Positions 40,862-54,486 of a DNA stretch of 64,000 nt are shown piece by piece (the first letter of the stretch is position 1; every line of letters begins with the position of its first letter). This stretch comes from Octopus sinensis (Eukaryota). The position numbers and the translations under genes were made by a program. Location: assembly GCF_006345805.1 (NCBI RefSeq), contig NC_043004.1, positions 85,932,001-85,996,000 of the forward strand. Reading direction: 5' to 3'. The notes beneath the pieces are model-generated. The model was not told where the DNA came from. It was given only the letters and a program-made list of their open reading frames with translations, and did no database searches.

Positions 40862-41467
40862 ATCTATCTATCTATCTGTCTATCTATCTATTTATCTATC
40901 TATCTGCACTTTTCCTGTAGAATTTTTATGCTTGTTTGTATATTTCTGCTTTCCTGACTTCCATCTATCTATCTGTCCTTATCCCTCCTTTTCTCTCTCT
41001 TGCATACGCACACGCACGAACGCACACACACCCAGACAGTCAGACACACACACACACACAAACACAAAACACGTCTCTTCTGCTTCTTTATGTATGAAAG
41101 CTTCCATATACACAGATCCATGCATTGTGTGTGTGTGCGTGCATGTGTATACATATATGTATATTCATAAAAATATATATTTATGCATATACACATATTA
41201 GTATACCTAGATACATTGACATATACACACACGTTTGTGCGCACACACTTTAATCAGCTTACTGTTGTCTTCCTTATCATCAACACACCATGTCTGCTTT
41301 TCTGTCACTTGTATCTAGCTTCTTATTTTCGTTCTTTATATTATTTTGAACCGTGTGTGTGTAGGTGTGTGTGTATGTGCGCGCGCATGTGCGTGTATAA
41401 TTAGCATAACCAACATCTTTGGATGTGTTGACTAAACCGCATTTAAACTGCTTCTGACGTCCAGAGA

Positions 41468-42100
41468 TACGATCTCCTGCTAACGACATTTGCTCATTAG
41501 GTTCTGATTATATTGAGTGATGAAATGATCGTCTGCACAGGTGGATGGCTCTAAAGTTAAACGTAATTTCTTCATTTCGTACTGATGATCAGCGCCGGTC
41601 CAGCCTTGCACACCATGACAGAACGAAAACAAGTCGAATCGGTAGAGTGAAATCATGGCCAAACAGCCGTTGATGTCACAAAAAGCCGATGGACAGCAAC
41701 TATATTAATTATACCCGACGGCACTAGTATTTGTAACGAATAATAATTAAAACAAGCAAAATAATTACCGGATGTGTTGACTAGATTGACCAGGTTTACG
41801 ATCTAGTATTCACGAAAGTGTTCGTTAAACACTGACGATATCGACTGATGAAATGATCGTCTGCATCGGTTGATATCAAGACTGTAACACGTGATTTCAC
41901 CGTTTGCGACATCACTGGATGTTCGGCCATTATTAACTGTATCAGTTCGACTGTTTTTCGTAACGGGCTGAGCTGCCGCTGATGATCCACAAGGAATAAT
42001 GTAATGACGTGATACGCTAGTGCCATCCACCGAGCAGACGATCTTTTCGTCAGCCGACATATTCAACGCTTAATGAGCAAGTGTCGCTAACATGAGATCA
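41468..42100. repeat. Fold-back element built from three ~75-bp modules (two direct, one inverted)
   Basis: Core tgatgaaatgatcgtctgca at ~41518 and ~41846; inverted diverged copy at 42027-42100. Confidence 0.7.
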
Positions 42101-43362
42101 TATACATTACACATTAATAGCAATTTCAAAGTGGTCTAGTCCACAAATTGAAATATATTGGACGTACTAATTATTTTTTGCTACATATAATGCCGCTGTC
42201 GTTAATAGTAAATTTTCATAGCAAATTTACTCACTCACACACACGCATATATTAATCGAAGTTTACAGTATTATATATCAATTATATATCCGTTATCTAT
42301 CCTATCTCACCAATTGGTTTCGCACTAAGGGTTCAAATGATTGTTGGGTAACAACAATAAGATTATGTAACACTGCACTCTTCAGAGGTAGCCGTTATGA
42401 AATGAAATATACCTATTATTCTCTAATATTGGAGGTAAATAGACACATCCGGTTTGTGGTTGCTGTGAAAGTGATATATGAAACGAATCGAGCAGTTGAT
42501 TAAGTTAAGGATTATGACGCTTGGTATCAAAATATCGTCTCTGGGGGTGAATTTGTTGTAAGTCAGCAAGAGATTTCTGGGAAATGCGTGTGTGTCTTTA
42601 AAGCTGGTGTGTGGCATAATTCTAAGCCGGACACATATTTCACCGAGTTCTAATTGCCATACGGTCAAACCACACTTTACAGCGAAACAAATCCCTCACA
42701 ATATTAGTAACCAAAATTCTCCTAGTGCTTGTCTGCAGTACATTTTATTGATAGCAGCTCAGTACTTCAAAGAGTAAGTACACCATATCTTAGCAACTTT
42801 TCTCTCTTCATTTCTCTGTCGTCGCCTTCAGAATACATGGTCTTCACCAAAAATCGAAATAAAACCGATATGAACAGCAATAACACAAGATTTATCTTTA
42901 TCATCGAACTGAGTTTTCGGAATCACTTATTTATTGTTTTTTCTGTCTTTCTTATTCAATAATGCAATGTAAAGTGTTTTAAAAAATGATTGATTTCACG
43001 TAGTGAATGACAGGAATGCATAAAGAGATGACCTTTACATTATTGCTTCAATACGGCTAAAATACCCAACTTGTAGAGGAATTTTGCATTTACCTGGTAG
43101 TTATTTTAATATGAAATGACGTTTTGATCACACGCATAGTCATTCATATACAGATACACACACATACACACACAAACACACACACACATATATGTATATA
43201 TACGGATATAGATATATATATAGATAGATATGTTTCTATATAAATATATATATATACATATGAATATATTCATATACATATATACATATATATTCATATA
43301 TATATATGTATATATATATACATATATATATACATACATATACATATATATATATAATATAT

Positions 43363-43412
<50 letters not shown>

Positions 43413-43416
43413 TATA

Positions 43417-43451
<35 letters not shown>

Positions 43452-43931
43452 AATGAAGGGTAGGACAGAAAGAACAAAACGAGCAGAAATCCAACGATAA
43501 ATAAATATGTGTGTGTGTGTGTGTGTCTATATACAAGAATACGGGTATGTGTGTGCGTGTGTGTGCGCGCGCGTGGGTGTATGTTTCTACAACTATACGG
43601 ATATTCTAATATTTCATTCGCGCTACTGTCAACGCCGAGGCATGCTATTTACGACAGGCACTTAATGGCATCATGTCCCATTGATTAAACACATACATCA
43701 CGACGAATGCAAAGCTGATACACCCACGTCAAACAGTGACAGTATCCACATATACACAAGCACCTACACATCAATAGTATAGTCACATATACACGCACAC
43801 TTCGTTCATTACAAACGCATATTGTTCATTAGAGAACACATACAAATGTCGTCCATCAAGCCACCAATCCGCAACGTCAAATGGCATTCAAAACCTGAGA
43901 CGTTGAGTAATATTGCTTATCTTCCTTACAA

Positions 43932-44250
43932 TGCTGGCAGAATCATTAGGACGCCGGGCGAAATGATTAACGGTATTTCGTTTGCCGTTACGTTCTGAGT
44001 TCAAATTCCGCCGAGATCAACTTTGCCTTTCATCCTTTCTGAGTCGATAAATTAAGTACCAGTTACGTACTGGTGTCAATGTAATCGACTTAATACCTAT
44101 GTCTGTCCTTGTTTGTCTCCTCTATGTTTAGCCCCTTGTGGGTAATAAAGAAATAGGTATTTCCCCTAAATTAAGTACCAGTTACGCACTGGGGTCGATG
44201 TAATCAAATTAAACCCTTTGTCCCCTCTATGTGGGCGATAAAGAAATTTA
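43932..44250 (+). mobile_element. SINE family A with partial second unit
   Basis: Head-body-tailA, then aaagaaatag|gtatttccc and a deleted second unit. Confidence 0.8.
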
Positions 44251-44535
44251 ATATATAGTGAAAAATACTATATTTAGTTATACGATCTAAGGTCTTTTTT
44301 TCAGCAAAATGTGCATAGAATTTTTTTTCCCGTTTGCCCTTATTTATAATTCTTTATCATTTTCACCTTGAAACGTATTTTAATATGCTGGCCACTGGTA
44401 AAATTATTTTGAAAAATTATGTATATATATATATATATATGGTGAGAATTTACAAAAGTGCAAACAAAAGATGAAGACGGGTGTGTAAACAACAAACAGA
44501 TGTATTAGTTATATATGTATGTATATGTATATATT

Positions 44536-44569
<34 letters not shown>

Positions 44570-45789
44570 CACTCCTTGACTAGACTCACATTTGCTGGCT
44601 GGGTGTGTTGGTGCAACATAAAATGAAGTATTTTGCTCAAGAATACAACACGTCGCTCGGTCCAAGAATCGAAACCGCAATCTTACGATCTTGAGTCCAA
44701 TGCCCTAATCATCAGGCCACACGCCTGCACAATATGCACGTGCGCGAGTGTGTGTGTGTGTACTAAAACCCTCTGATACTAAAGATTTTGAATAGAGTTA
44801 ACTAAAAGTTCAAAGCAAGTGATATTCTCTAAGAACGACTTTTTAATTAAGATCAAAATGTTTCTGTTCGATGTTGCTTCTTCGGGATGGCGGTCTTCCA
44901 AGTTTGGAGTAATTTAGTTTCCCTGATATTTAGCCAAGGTTTCCAGAGATGTGACTTAGCTGTTTATTTGTCACTTTCAATTCTAATCGCCAATGGACAA
45001 AATATAATTCTCGATAATAAATCGCAGTTACATTAGAATGATGTAGCTTTGCTGTTTATACACAGAATTCAAATAGAGAAAAATACAACATATTAATAAA
45101 CATTTTTGAGAATTAGTTTTCTTCTCACATAGTTTGGCATCACCTTTGCTTCCATCGTTAATTATCATGTATTTACACAAGGAAAGAATTACTTCAATTT
45201 CAAATGTAAATATGGCGATTTTCTCTCTAATGAAGTATTTCGAGCTGAGAAGAAAGACTTGAGAATAACTGTAAAAGTTAAATGATTGTCTGGATGGTTT
45301 AAGTTGTCAAGTCACGTTTCTCTTCAGTTCAAAATCCTCTGAAGTGGCATTTACCTAGAAGCCTTTTCGTAGTCGCTTGAAATACTAGAAATGGCAGCTA
45401 AATGTCTCTCAAACCATAACTTTTCATATATAAAATAGACATGATTTTTGTTTATCGCGTCTCGTTTTAGATGTGTGTGTAACTGATTCTGGATAACGTC
45501 TTCTTAACCAGACCCAAGATCAACGGAGTGGTCTTGTCTGGAAACTTTCCTAAACGAAACAGTCAAGATCTTCGATTGTCACGTCTATTAAGGTGTTGTC
45601 TGTGATTAGATCTGACCAATACATTCTTAACCAGACTCTAATCAAACAGGTTGGTCATACAGGTTGGTCATAGTTGGATATTGTCATAGATTCAGAAGCC
45701 TGCTTACTTAACATGTGTTTTTAGCTTCAGTTCCACTGCGCATGGGTGACTTCTACAACGACCCAGGCAGGAGAAAACCTGAAAGACCA

Positions 45790-46435
45790 TCTCTCTATAT
45801 ATAAAACTGAGAATGTGTGTCTGTCTGACTGTGTGTTTCCCTAAAACTTGAGAACTACACAACCAATTTCATTCCAATTTACACATGCCTTAACTTAGGG
45901 TCTGGGGACTGCCGTCGGCAAAAAAATTTTAACTTTTTGCGTAGGGCGAGCCCACAGCAATATCATATCTTCTCCACTACGATTCCCTAAAACTTGAGAA
46001 CTACAGAACCAATTTTATTCAAATTTTACACATGCCTTACTTAGGGTCCATGTAGTTTCATGGGCAAAAAAATGTTCAACTTCTTGTCTAGGGTGAGCCC
46101 ATAGCAATATCATATCTTCTCCACTATTTCAGTATTACGTATTAAAAGTGAAACAAAAACATTTCTCTATTTTATGTCAGATATTTACACTTTAACAATA
46201 AAAATTACCGATAATAATAACAATTGAATTATATGTAGTAAGTAATAATTAAAATCAAACTAAAGTATAATATAATCGTAACATAACAAAAGTAAAAATA
46301 GCAATTGGTATAGAATTGCATCAATGACTTGAACTTGAATAAGTGGTTTCACATGAATGGGAATAAATTAAAAATAAAATTAGCGTGCATAAATGGAATA
46401 GTCCAGATGGAGCTGTGCACACGGCTTTTACATTA
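45790..46435 (+). mobile_element. Non-autonomous Helitron-like element with an internal ~145-bp tandem duplication
   Basis: A|TC start tctctctatatataaaac plus gtctgt tract, as at 7770; repeat tccctaaaacttgagaactaca...tcttctccacta twice; 3' end degenerate (gctgtgcacacggc...attag). Confidence 0.55.
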
Positions 46436-46817
46436 GATTATCTGCTAATTAGCTAGCATTAAGTATCTATATGAAGTTTGGCTGTATGTAATGTCTGTTT
46501 CCTCGAACGGCCGCTTCTACTGAGTACTGCTGTTGGTTTATTTCTTATACATAAAGGATTTTAGCTTCAACTGCGTACCGCTTTTTTATTCACCGTGAGG
46601 TTTGTTGGTATTATTATTACTGTTTAACTATTGTTATCACGTTTGTTGGTTCCTCGAAAGGGAAACGTTGTTGTGTTGCATTTGTTAAATAATTGTAAAC
46701 CGTAACCCTCCACCTTTGGGAGAAGGAGCTTTGGTTATTGTTTAAAAATTGATTTGTGTCTCTGTTTGGAGAAATTGACAATATTTTCACCGTTTATACG
46801 GAAGCATTTTTATTAAA

Positions 46818-47330
46818 ATGCCTTCGATAGAAGAAAGTCCAAAAATGAATTTCGCTGCAGCCGTCGGTGGGCGAGAACTCATTAAAATTCAAATGGAAGA
46901 AATACAAACCTATTTCGGATTGATCACCGACAAAGACTGTGAATCTAGGATAATACCACCAAACGAAAAAAAAAATTAAATTAAAGAAAAGTCTATTGTC
47001 TATAAAGTAAACAATATAGAGAAAAAAAAATTGAACACCTGGAGGAAAGCACCATCGAAAAGTGTCTTGGTGCGACTATGAAAGATATCAAGTATCTAAC
47101 CAGAAGCGTAAATTCGCCACAATAGAAGCAAGGTTCGAGCCAACGGAGCGTGCAAGGGAGTACTCGACTCGAACCTTGCAAAGTGGAAATATTTTATTTT
47201 TGCCTTTAAATTTAAAATTTAAGTAGAGGTAGGCTGGATTGTAGCCACACTTCTATACAAGAGGGAGGACAAGATACAATTGATCGAAATTGCAAGAGAC
47301 GGGCCTACAATTCCAGTCTGTTATATATTT
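46818..47330 (+). pseudogene. Degenerate ORF, possibly LINE ORF1 (L1/Tx1-like)
   Basis: MPSIEESPKMNFAAAVGG...; EHLEESTIEKCLG..MKDIKYLTR; KFATIEARFEPTERAREY. Broken at poly-A runs. Family assignment is inference only. Confidence 0.35.
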
Positions 47331-47481
47331 TGAGTATTGTTATCACTAGCGATATCAAGATATAACTTTGCATTTTGTATTTTATGTGTAGATGTATATA
47401 TATAGATGTACATGTAATATGTACACATATATATACACATATATACATGTACTAGCACTATGGGTCATAATGCTAGTCGTG

Positions 47482-47540
<59 letters not shown>

Positions 47541-48567
47541 GCACGCGCGTGTGTGTATGCGTGCTTGCCTGAGTGCGTACGTGCGTGTGTGTGTATGTTT
47601 GTGTGTGAGTGTGCGTGTGCTGTGTAATATCTGTGTCTTTGTGTCTGTGCTGTCTTCCATACCACCGCTTGAGAGCCAGTCGTTTTTTATTTGCTTCTCC
47701 GTAACATTGTTTCGACAGAAAAGAACAATAAAATAAGCGACAAGCTTTAAATAATTAATATCTGAGTCGGTGGAGGAGTGCCATTTGTTCCACTATAACT
47801 CTTCAAGGCCGCAGCCAATAGCTGAAACAAGTAAACGATAAACAATAAGTAAGACAGGGAAGTCTGTAGACCGTCACGTCTTTTGAGATGCAGTTTATGA
47901 CTGCACTGGGATAGCGGATTCTTGATCAATCCCGAAGTAAAAGAGAATGTTCAATTAAAATTGGCCAATAGCTAAATAAACTTTAACAATAACGTTTGTT
48001 TACTGTTAAACAAACAATTTTAGTCATGAAGTGAATTTGTGTTAATCAACAAAATTTTCTTTATGTGAACAAAAAAAATTGAACAAATCATAACAAGATT
48101 TTGTTGCAAATTTATATTTAAATTTCTTCCGTCGTTGTCTCAATAGCAATTTCACAGGCTAGTATAATTTTTCACTTAGTAATTCTCGTCTCTTCTTTCA
48201 TATACTTGTTCGCAAATATAATTATAGTCTTGAGAGATAAGTATTTTAAAATAATTCTTTTAAAAAATTCATGTAATTTTGATTATATTTTATTTCATTT
48301 TATTTATATATTTTTGCTATAATTCCCATGAACCAACGTTAGTAATTTGCTTTAATAAAATATAATTTCGTTAATGGTCACATCGTAGTAATCTGCTGAG
48401 ATATTTTAATTGAATTAGAACTTCTTTATATGTCTGCCTTAGTCTTAATATCTGCTCAACATGATGTCGCTTTTGTTTAACCCTAATTCTGCGCTTATCG
48501 AGCACTTCTAAGATTACAAACCACTCCAATGTTCACTGCATATAGTATTATGTTATCAGGCATTATA

Positions 48568-48790
48568 AAGCCGGTGAGCTGGCAGAATCGCTAGCACGCT
48601 GGGCAGAATGCTTAGCGGCATTTTATCCGCCCTTACGTTCTGAGTTCAAATTCCGCCGAGTTAGAATTTGCCTTTCGTCCTTTCTTGATCGATGAAATAA
48701 GTACCAGTTATGCACTGAGGTTGATGTAAACGACTAGCTCTCTTCCCCCGCAAAATTTCAGGCATTGTGTCTAGAGTAGAAGGGATTATT
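48568..48790 (+). mobile_element. SINE family B monomer
   Basis: Head-body-tailB ending aaaatttcaggcattgtgtctagagtagaagggattatt. Confidence 0.8.
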
Positions 48791-49940
48791 AAGACAGCGA
48801 GCTGGCAAAATCGCTTGCATTGATCCCTGTGCTTTAGTGTTGTTTTATTTTATCGAGCCTGAAAGGATGTAAGTAGACCGTGACAGTATTTTAACTCAGG
48901 ACTCAAAGAATCGAGGGCTCATAACTTGCTGCCTAGATATAGACTTGATAGTCACGGCTTGAAAGCCTTTGAGTATTCAGTCATAGGTCTGCATGATCAG
49001 TGCTAGCCTAAAGGTAAACATGCAGGCACCAGAAACTTGTATGTAGATAGTTAAGACAAATGTGCCTGTATATGTTCGCCTAAAAGCTAGAAATATTAGT
49101 GAGATTTCACTCAAATTGCGATTCTCTTGTAATTAAAAACGGCACATTGGAATAATATAACCGTGGATCACTTGTACATGGAGAAAAACGATGATCATAA
49201 ATGCAATGCCTTTATTAAGAGTTTCACTGGATTACACGTTTGCTTATCCACTATTAAAGAATAGTAGCAATTTGTTGTTATTTCGTTCCAACAAAGAAGC
49301 TATACGAAGTCGCTTGATTGCTAGAAATAGCAGTGAAAGCGCTTTCCATTCTCATCCAGCAGACTTAGGTGAACGGAAATGATACATCGGATAGTGTTGT
49401 TGGAAGATAAAAGCTTGTCTGAAAAAAGAGACAGGAAGGACAAAAAAGGAGAGCGTTGATCATAGGTTTACTTGAACGTGAGTGACGAGGGATTAATCAA
49501 CAACAATGTTACAATAACATCAACTGCTGCAACGATTTCAACCTGTTAGAAACCGACTGATGATGTCTGAGCATAGGGCATCTTGGATCAAGCCTCAGAT
49601 CGGCACACATAAAGTGTAAAGACAAATTTTAAAATATTTATCTTATTACATAGTTATGCATCGATATTTTATAAAGGTTATTTTGTTCATTCAAAGAAGT
49701 TTCTTCTTTATCTTGTACAAAATTATACATTTATATATTTTTTTCTCGGCGTATACAATATTTCAGAGAATTAATTAGTTTTGGAAATATTTATTCAGGT
49801 AAAATAGTAATTTTGAAACATCACTGTCAGAGCTAGTATACATCATCGCTCTAATTTGGTGGTTGCTAGAAATACCGTTGATGCTCAGAAAATGGAAACT
49901 TCAAATTGTAAGTGAAACTAAAAAAAGACTTTTATAAAAT

Positions 49941-50326
49941 AGGCGGAAGCACGGCTGTGTGATAAGAAGCTTGCTTCTCAACCACATGATTCCGAGTTCA
50001 GTCCCAATGCGTGACACCTCCGGCAAGTGCCTTCTACTATAGCATCAGCCCGACCAAAGCCTTGTGAGTGATTTGGTAGACAGAAACTGAAAGAAGCCCG
50101 TCGAATATACAAGTGTATGTGTGTGTTTCAGTGTCGGTGATGGCTCACACTACCGCTTGCTGGTGTGTTTATCTCTCCGTAACTTAGCGGTTCGGTAAAA
50201 AGAGGCAGCCAGGATGAGTACTACACTTCAAAAAAATAAGTCCTAAGGTTGATTTGTTCCACTAGAATCCTTCAAGGCGGTTTCTCAAAATGGCCGCTGT
50301 CAAATGACTAAAATAAATAAAAAGAA
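49941..50326 (+). mobile_element. SINE family C, older copy
   Basis: Head, CORE-like segment, short internal repeat and tail. Confidence 0.75.
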
Positions 50327-50556
50327 GTATCTTTAATTTTTTTTTTAAATTTCATATATTCAAAGCCGACGGGGTTAAATTTATAATACATGTGTTTCTT
50401 CGTCATGGCACTTAGCGCCCTCATTAGGAGGGGGTTAATGGATACTCTTGAGAACCTTATTAACCTCTAATGCGTGTTATTTCCTTATTTAACCCTATGC
50501 CACACCAAAGCATGTTTTCAGACCCTTAGTCCTTGTTTCATGTGCTCAAAGTAATA

Positions 50557-50772
50557 TACAAAGGGATGCTGAAAAGTTCCTGACATTGGCAAAGAGAAAA
50601 TAGAGGAGGATCAATTAATTATGATTTTACTCAACATACTTCCCGCTCAGATTCATACAGTCATTGCAGCAGTCCTTCCGTTGTTTTTTAAGCCCTGTAA
50701 AAGAACTCAGAAGCCTGGGTCTCCAATCAGGCCTTTCGTCATAACCTTTAAGCCAGGAACGTCTCCCTTCGC
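50557..50772. mobile_element. Mariner-type MITE remnant
   Basis: TA-initiated tacaaagggatgctgaaaagttcctg and inverted partner aagccaggaac...cccttcg resemble mariner TIRs. Confidence 0.45.
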
Positions 50773-50921
50773 AAAGCTTTTCTTTCGTAATTCCTAAGTT
50801 ACTCTGGTGTGCTTTGGTGGTTGAGAAAGCTTGAGAATGTGTATAAATGGTACATGAACGCCTGGGAAATATTCCTTGTGAATCATATGTGATACACGCG
50901 ACAGACGAAGGAATATTGTCT

Positions 50922-51144
50922 TTTACTTGTTTCAGTTATTTGAATACGGCCATGCTGGAGCACCGCTTTAAGGGGTTTTAGTCTAAGTAATCGACCCCAG
51001 GACTTATTACTATTTCTAAACCTAGTACTTCTTCTATCAGTCTCTTTTGCCGAACCGTCAAGTTACGGGGACGTAAACACTAAAATATCGGTTGTCAAGC
51101 GTTGTTGGCGGGGACAGGCATAGACACACCTACATATACACACA

Positions 51145-51187
<43 letters not shown>

Positions 51188-51360
51188 TATATATATATGT
51201 ACGACGGGATTCTTTCAGTTTCTGTCTACCAAATCCGCTCACAAGGATTTGGTCGGCCTGAAGCTACAGTAGAAGACACTTGCCGAAGGTGTCACGCAGT
51301 AGGACTGAACCCTGAACCATGTGGTTGGGAAGCAAGCTACTTACCACACTCCTGCGCCTA
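50922..51360 (-). mobile_element. SINE family C, full length
   Basis: Tail, internal (TA)n and head all recognisable. Confidence 0.8.
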
Positions 51361-51394
51361 TAAAACCATGTATAACTATAAGAAGGAATGGTAT

Positions 51395-51640
51395 AATTAA
51401 AATAGTATCACGAGTGTCAAGCGAATTATCAGCCGTACAGGCAATTTAATAAAATATATACATACAATACAATATAAGATATATATTTATCAGACGAAAT
51501 TTCGAGGATGATCCGGTTCTTGACAGAAGATTAAAGGCTTCGAGTGACCCGTCCGTGTTTTTTGTATCGTCTATCTGGATGTTTTGTTGTCTCTTTTGTA
51601 TCACCTAATTGTCCGGATGTTTTGCGTTATTGTCCCATTT
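51395..51640 (-). mobile_element. Penelope-like terminal fragment next to (TA)n
   Basis: Minus strand CTGTCAAGA..ggatcatcc..tcGAAAtttcGTC hammerhead-like relic; abuts (TA)n. Confidence 0.35.
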
Positions 51641-51646
51641 GTATAT

Positions 51647-51728
<82 letters not shown>

Positions 51729-51883
51729 CTTTATATAAATAAGGATAAGATCGTTATTTAAATACCGAGTTTATTTTGTCTCTTTGTCTTTTCTCCTGTG
51801 CAGCATGAACATTAATGTGGTTTTAGAGTCCAGTTTTGGCTGCTATTTCCAGCGTCGTTGAATCTCTTAGATACCCTAAATTA

Positions 51884-51934
<51 letters not shown>

Positions 51935-52949
51935 GAAGGCACCACATCGCTAAAAACAGAAGTCAAATATAATTCTGCACCATAGAATAGTCACAAATCT
52001 TATACAGCCATCGTTGGAAAAATTCCAGTGAGCATTAAAAACGTCTTACCCCTGCTCTCTGCTAGGTCAGCACAAGCAATGCTGCAACTTGTACTAGAAT
52101 TGTGACTATTCTGTGGTACAGAAGTATTTTTGACTTCTATTTTTAACGATGCATATGCTCATGTAGTGCCTTCGTGTGTGTGTGTGTATGTGTGTGTGTA
52201 TGTATGTATGTATGTATGTATGTATGTATGTATGTATGTATGTATGTATGTATATGTGTGTGTATAAGAACATATCCTGTATTGTATGTATATATCTCAT
52301 ATATATATGACCGGCTTCTTTCAGTTTCCGTCTATCAAATTCACTCAGAAAGTTTCGGTCGGCCCGAGGCTGTGGTAGAAGGTGCCATGCAGTAGGACTG
52401 AACCTAGAACCACGTGGTTCGGAAACAAGCTTCTTACCACACAGCCATGCCTGCGCCTATGTAGAATGTTTTTTAAGGGTTTGTGAGATCATTTTCTGAA
52501 ATGCAGTGTTTTCTAACCATTCATTTCCCTCGGAGCGCCCACCTAAAACCCTCGGGTACTCACTACCAACATACAACCATAATCCTTGATATGAGTGTCA
52601 TTAGGTTGCGATTTCTTGCAAGTCTATGGGCTACGTAATAGCAGGCTCTATCATTAGTTCAACCATAACATATGTTTGTTCGATAATTATGTTGATAATT
52701 TTTGTCGTTTTATTTCATTCAGAGCAAATTACAAACATGGCCGTTTGAGTTGTCTCGCTAATTTCTTTCCTCAATATTTGTACGCAACTAGTTTGTTAAC
52801 ATTTTACATTAAACTTGGTAGTGATTTCATTTTGTTATTCTTTTTTCTTTTTATTCTTTCATAATCAATTGTATACACTAATATATTGAATATAATTCTT
52901 ATCGGAAATAATGAAAATTATGATTCTCCTATATAATATAATTTGCAAT

Positions 52950-53652
52950 GAAGCATTCATTTTCTTTCTGTGTCTCCCTCTGCACACCTTTCTCTCTCTC
53001 TCGCCCTCTTTATGTGTATCTCTCTCACTCTCTCTGTCTCTCTGATTCTCTCTACCTCTCTGTCTTTCTATCTCCCCCTCATTCACCCTCTCTCTTTCTC
53101 CCTCTGCGTCTCTTTCTGCCTCTCTTTCTGCCTCTCTCACTCTTTCTCTTTGTGCCTGTGTGTGTGTCTCTCTCTGTCTCTCTATCTGTGTACGTCTCCC
53201 TTTTTTATATCTCTCTCTCCCTCCATCTCACTGTGTCTTTTTGTCTTTCTTCTTCTCTCTCTTCTTCGCTCTCCCTCTCTGTCTCTATCTGTTTGTATCT
53301 CCCTTTCACTTCTCTTTTTTTTCTCTATTTTTCTGACTCTCTCTCTCTCTCTCTTCCTCCCTTTCTCTTTCTCTCGCTTCTCCCCTCTCTCCCTCCATCT
53401 CAGTGTGTCTTTTTTTTGCCTCTCTCTCTTCTTCCCTCTCCCTCTCTGTCCCTATCTGTGTGTATCTCCCTTTCACTTCTCTGTTTTCTCTCTGTTTTTC
53501 TGACTCTCTCTCTTCCTCCCTTTCTCTTTCTCTATCTCTCTCTCTCTCCATCTCAGTGTGTCTTTTTGCCTCTCTCTCTTCCTCCCTCTCCCTCTCTTGT
53601 CTCTATCTGTGTGTATCTCTTTTTCTCTCTGTTTTTCTCTCTCGTCCTCCTT

Positions 53653-53695
<43 letters not shown>

Positions 53696-53720
53696 TCTCT
53701 CCCTTTTTTCTTTCCTTCCC
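52950..53720. repeat. ~770-bp polypyrimidine tract with a higher-order ~150-170-bp unit
   Basis: ctccatctca(c/g)tgtgtcttttt...ctatctgt(t/g)tgtatctc recurs at ~53221, ~53393 and ~53545. Confidence 0.85.
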
Positions 53721-54316
53721 TTTCTTCTTTTCTCCATATGCTCATCAATGAAGTGTGCTTGGTTTTTTGAATATAATTCCTCGCGGCAGTTGTAGCAAAT
53801 CTCTTCGCTCTGAGTAGAAAACTCACCCAACCCAACTTCGGCATTTCATCGTTTTTGTGTCTATAAATACTAAACTAGTTAAGTAAGGGATCGATTCTTC
53901 TCTCTCTCACTCTCACCCTCTCTCTCTCACTCTCACCCTCTCTCCCTCTCTCACTCATTCAATCACTCATTCGAAGAACTGACTATAGCTGGAAGGGAAA
54001 AAAACCCGTGTAAGATAGCAGCAGGCAATCACCCTTGTATTTTCCAACGAAAAATAACGAGAAACAATACTTTGCGAGAATATTACTAAGCGAGCAGTTT
54101 TCAACATGATAAAACAAAAAGAATGAGTTTATTTGCTTTTCTATCTATCTATCGTTCCTTCTATCTATTTTTGCATCTATTTTTACATCTATTTTTCTTT
54201 TTATATTTCCATCTATCTATATTTCTATTTTCACATCTTTCCACTATTAATCTATTTTTCCATCTGCCAATATATCTTCCATTTATCTGTTTTTCTATCT
54301 TTGTAGCTATCGCTCC

Positions 54317-54426
<110 letters not shown>

Positions 54427-54449
54427 ATATATATATATCAATCTATCTA

Positions 54450-54486
<37 letters not shown>

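Noticed and set aside
41517-41585. C/D box snoRNA (GTGATGA...CTGA)
   Set aside because: No terminal stem, and the motif is part of a repeated, inverted module better explained as a fold-back element.
45144-45244. AG/GT-bounded open segment on the minus strand
   Set aside because: It shows how easily exon-like segments arise here; AT-rich, no homology, not included in any model.
52948-53751. 267-aa Leu/Ser/Phe-rich ORF resembling a membrane protein
   Set aside because: It results from the CT-rich tract read in frame; there is no codon or domain signal.
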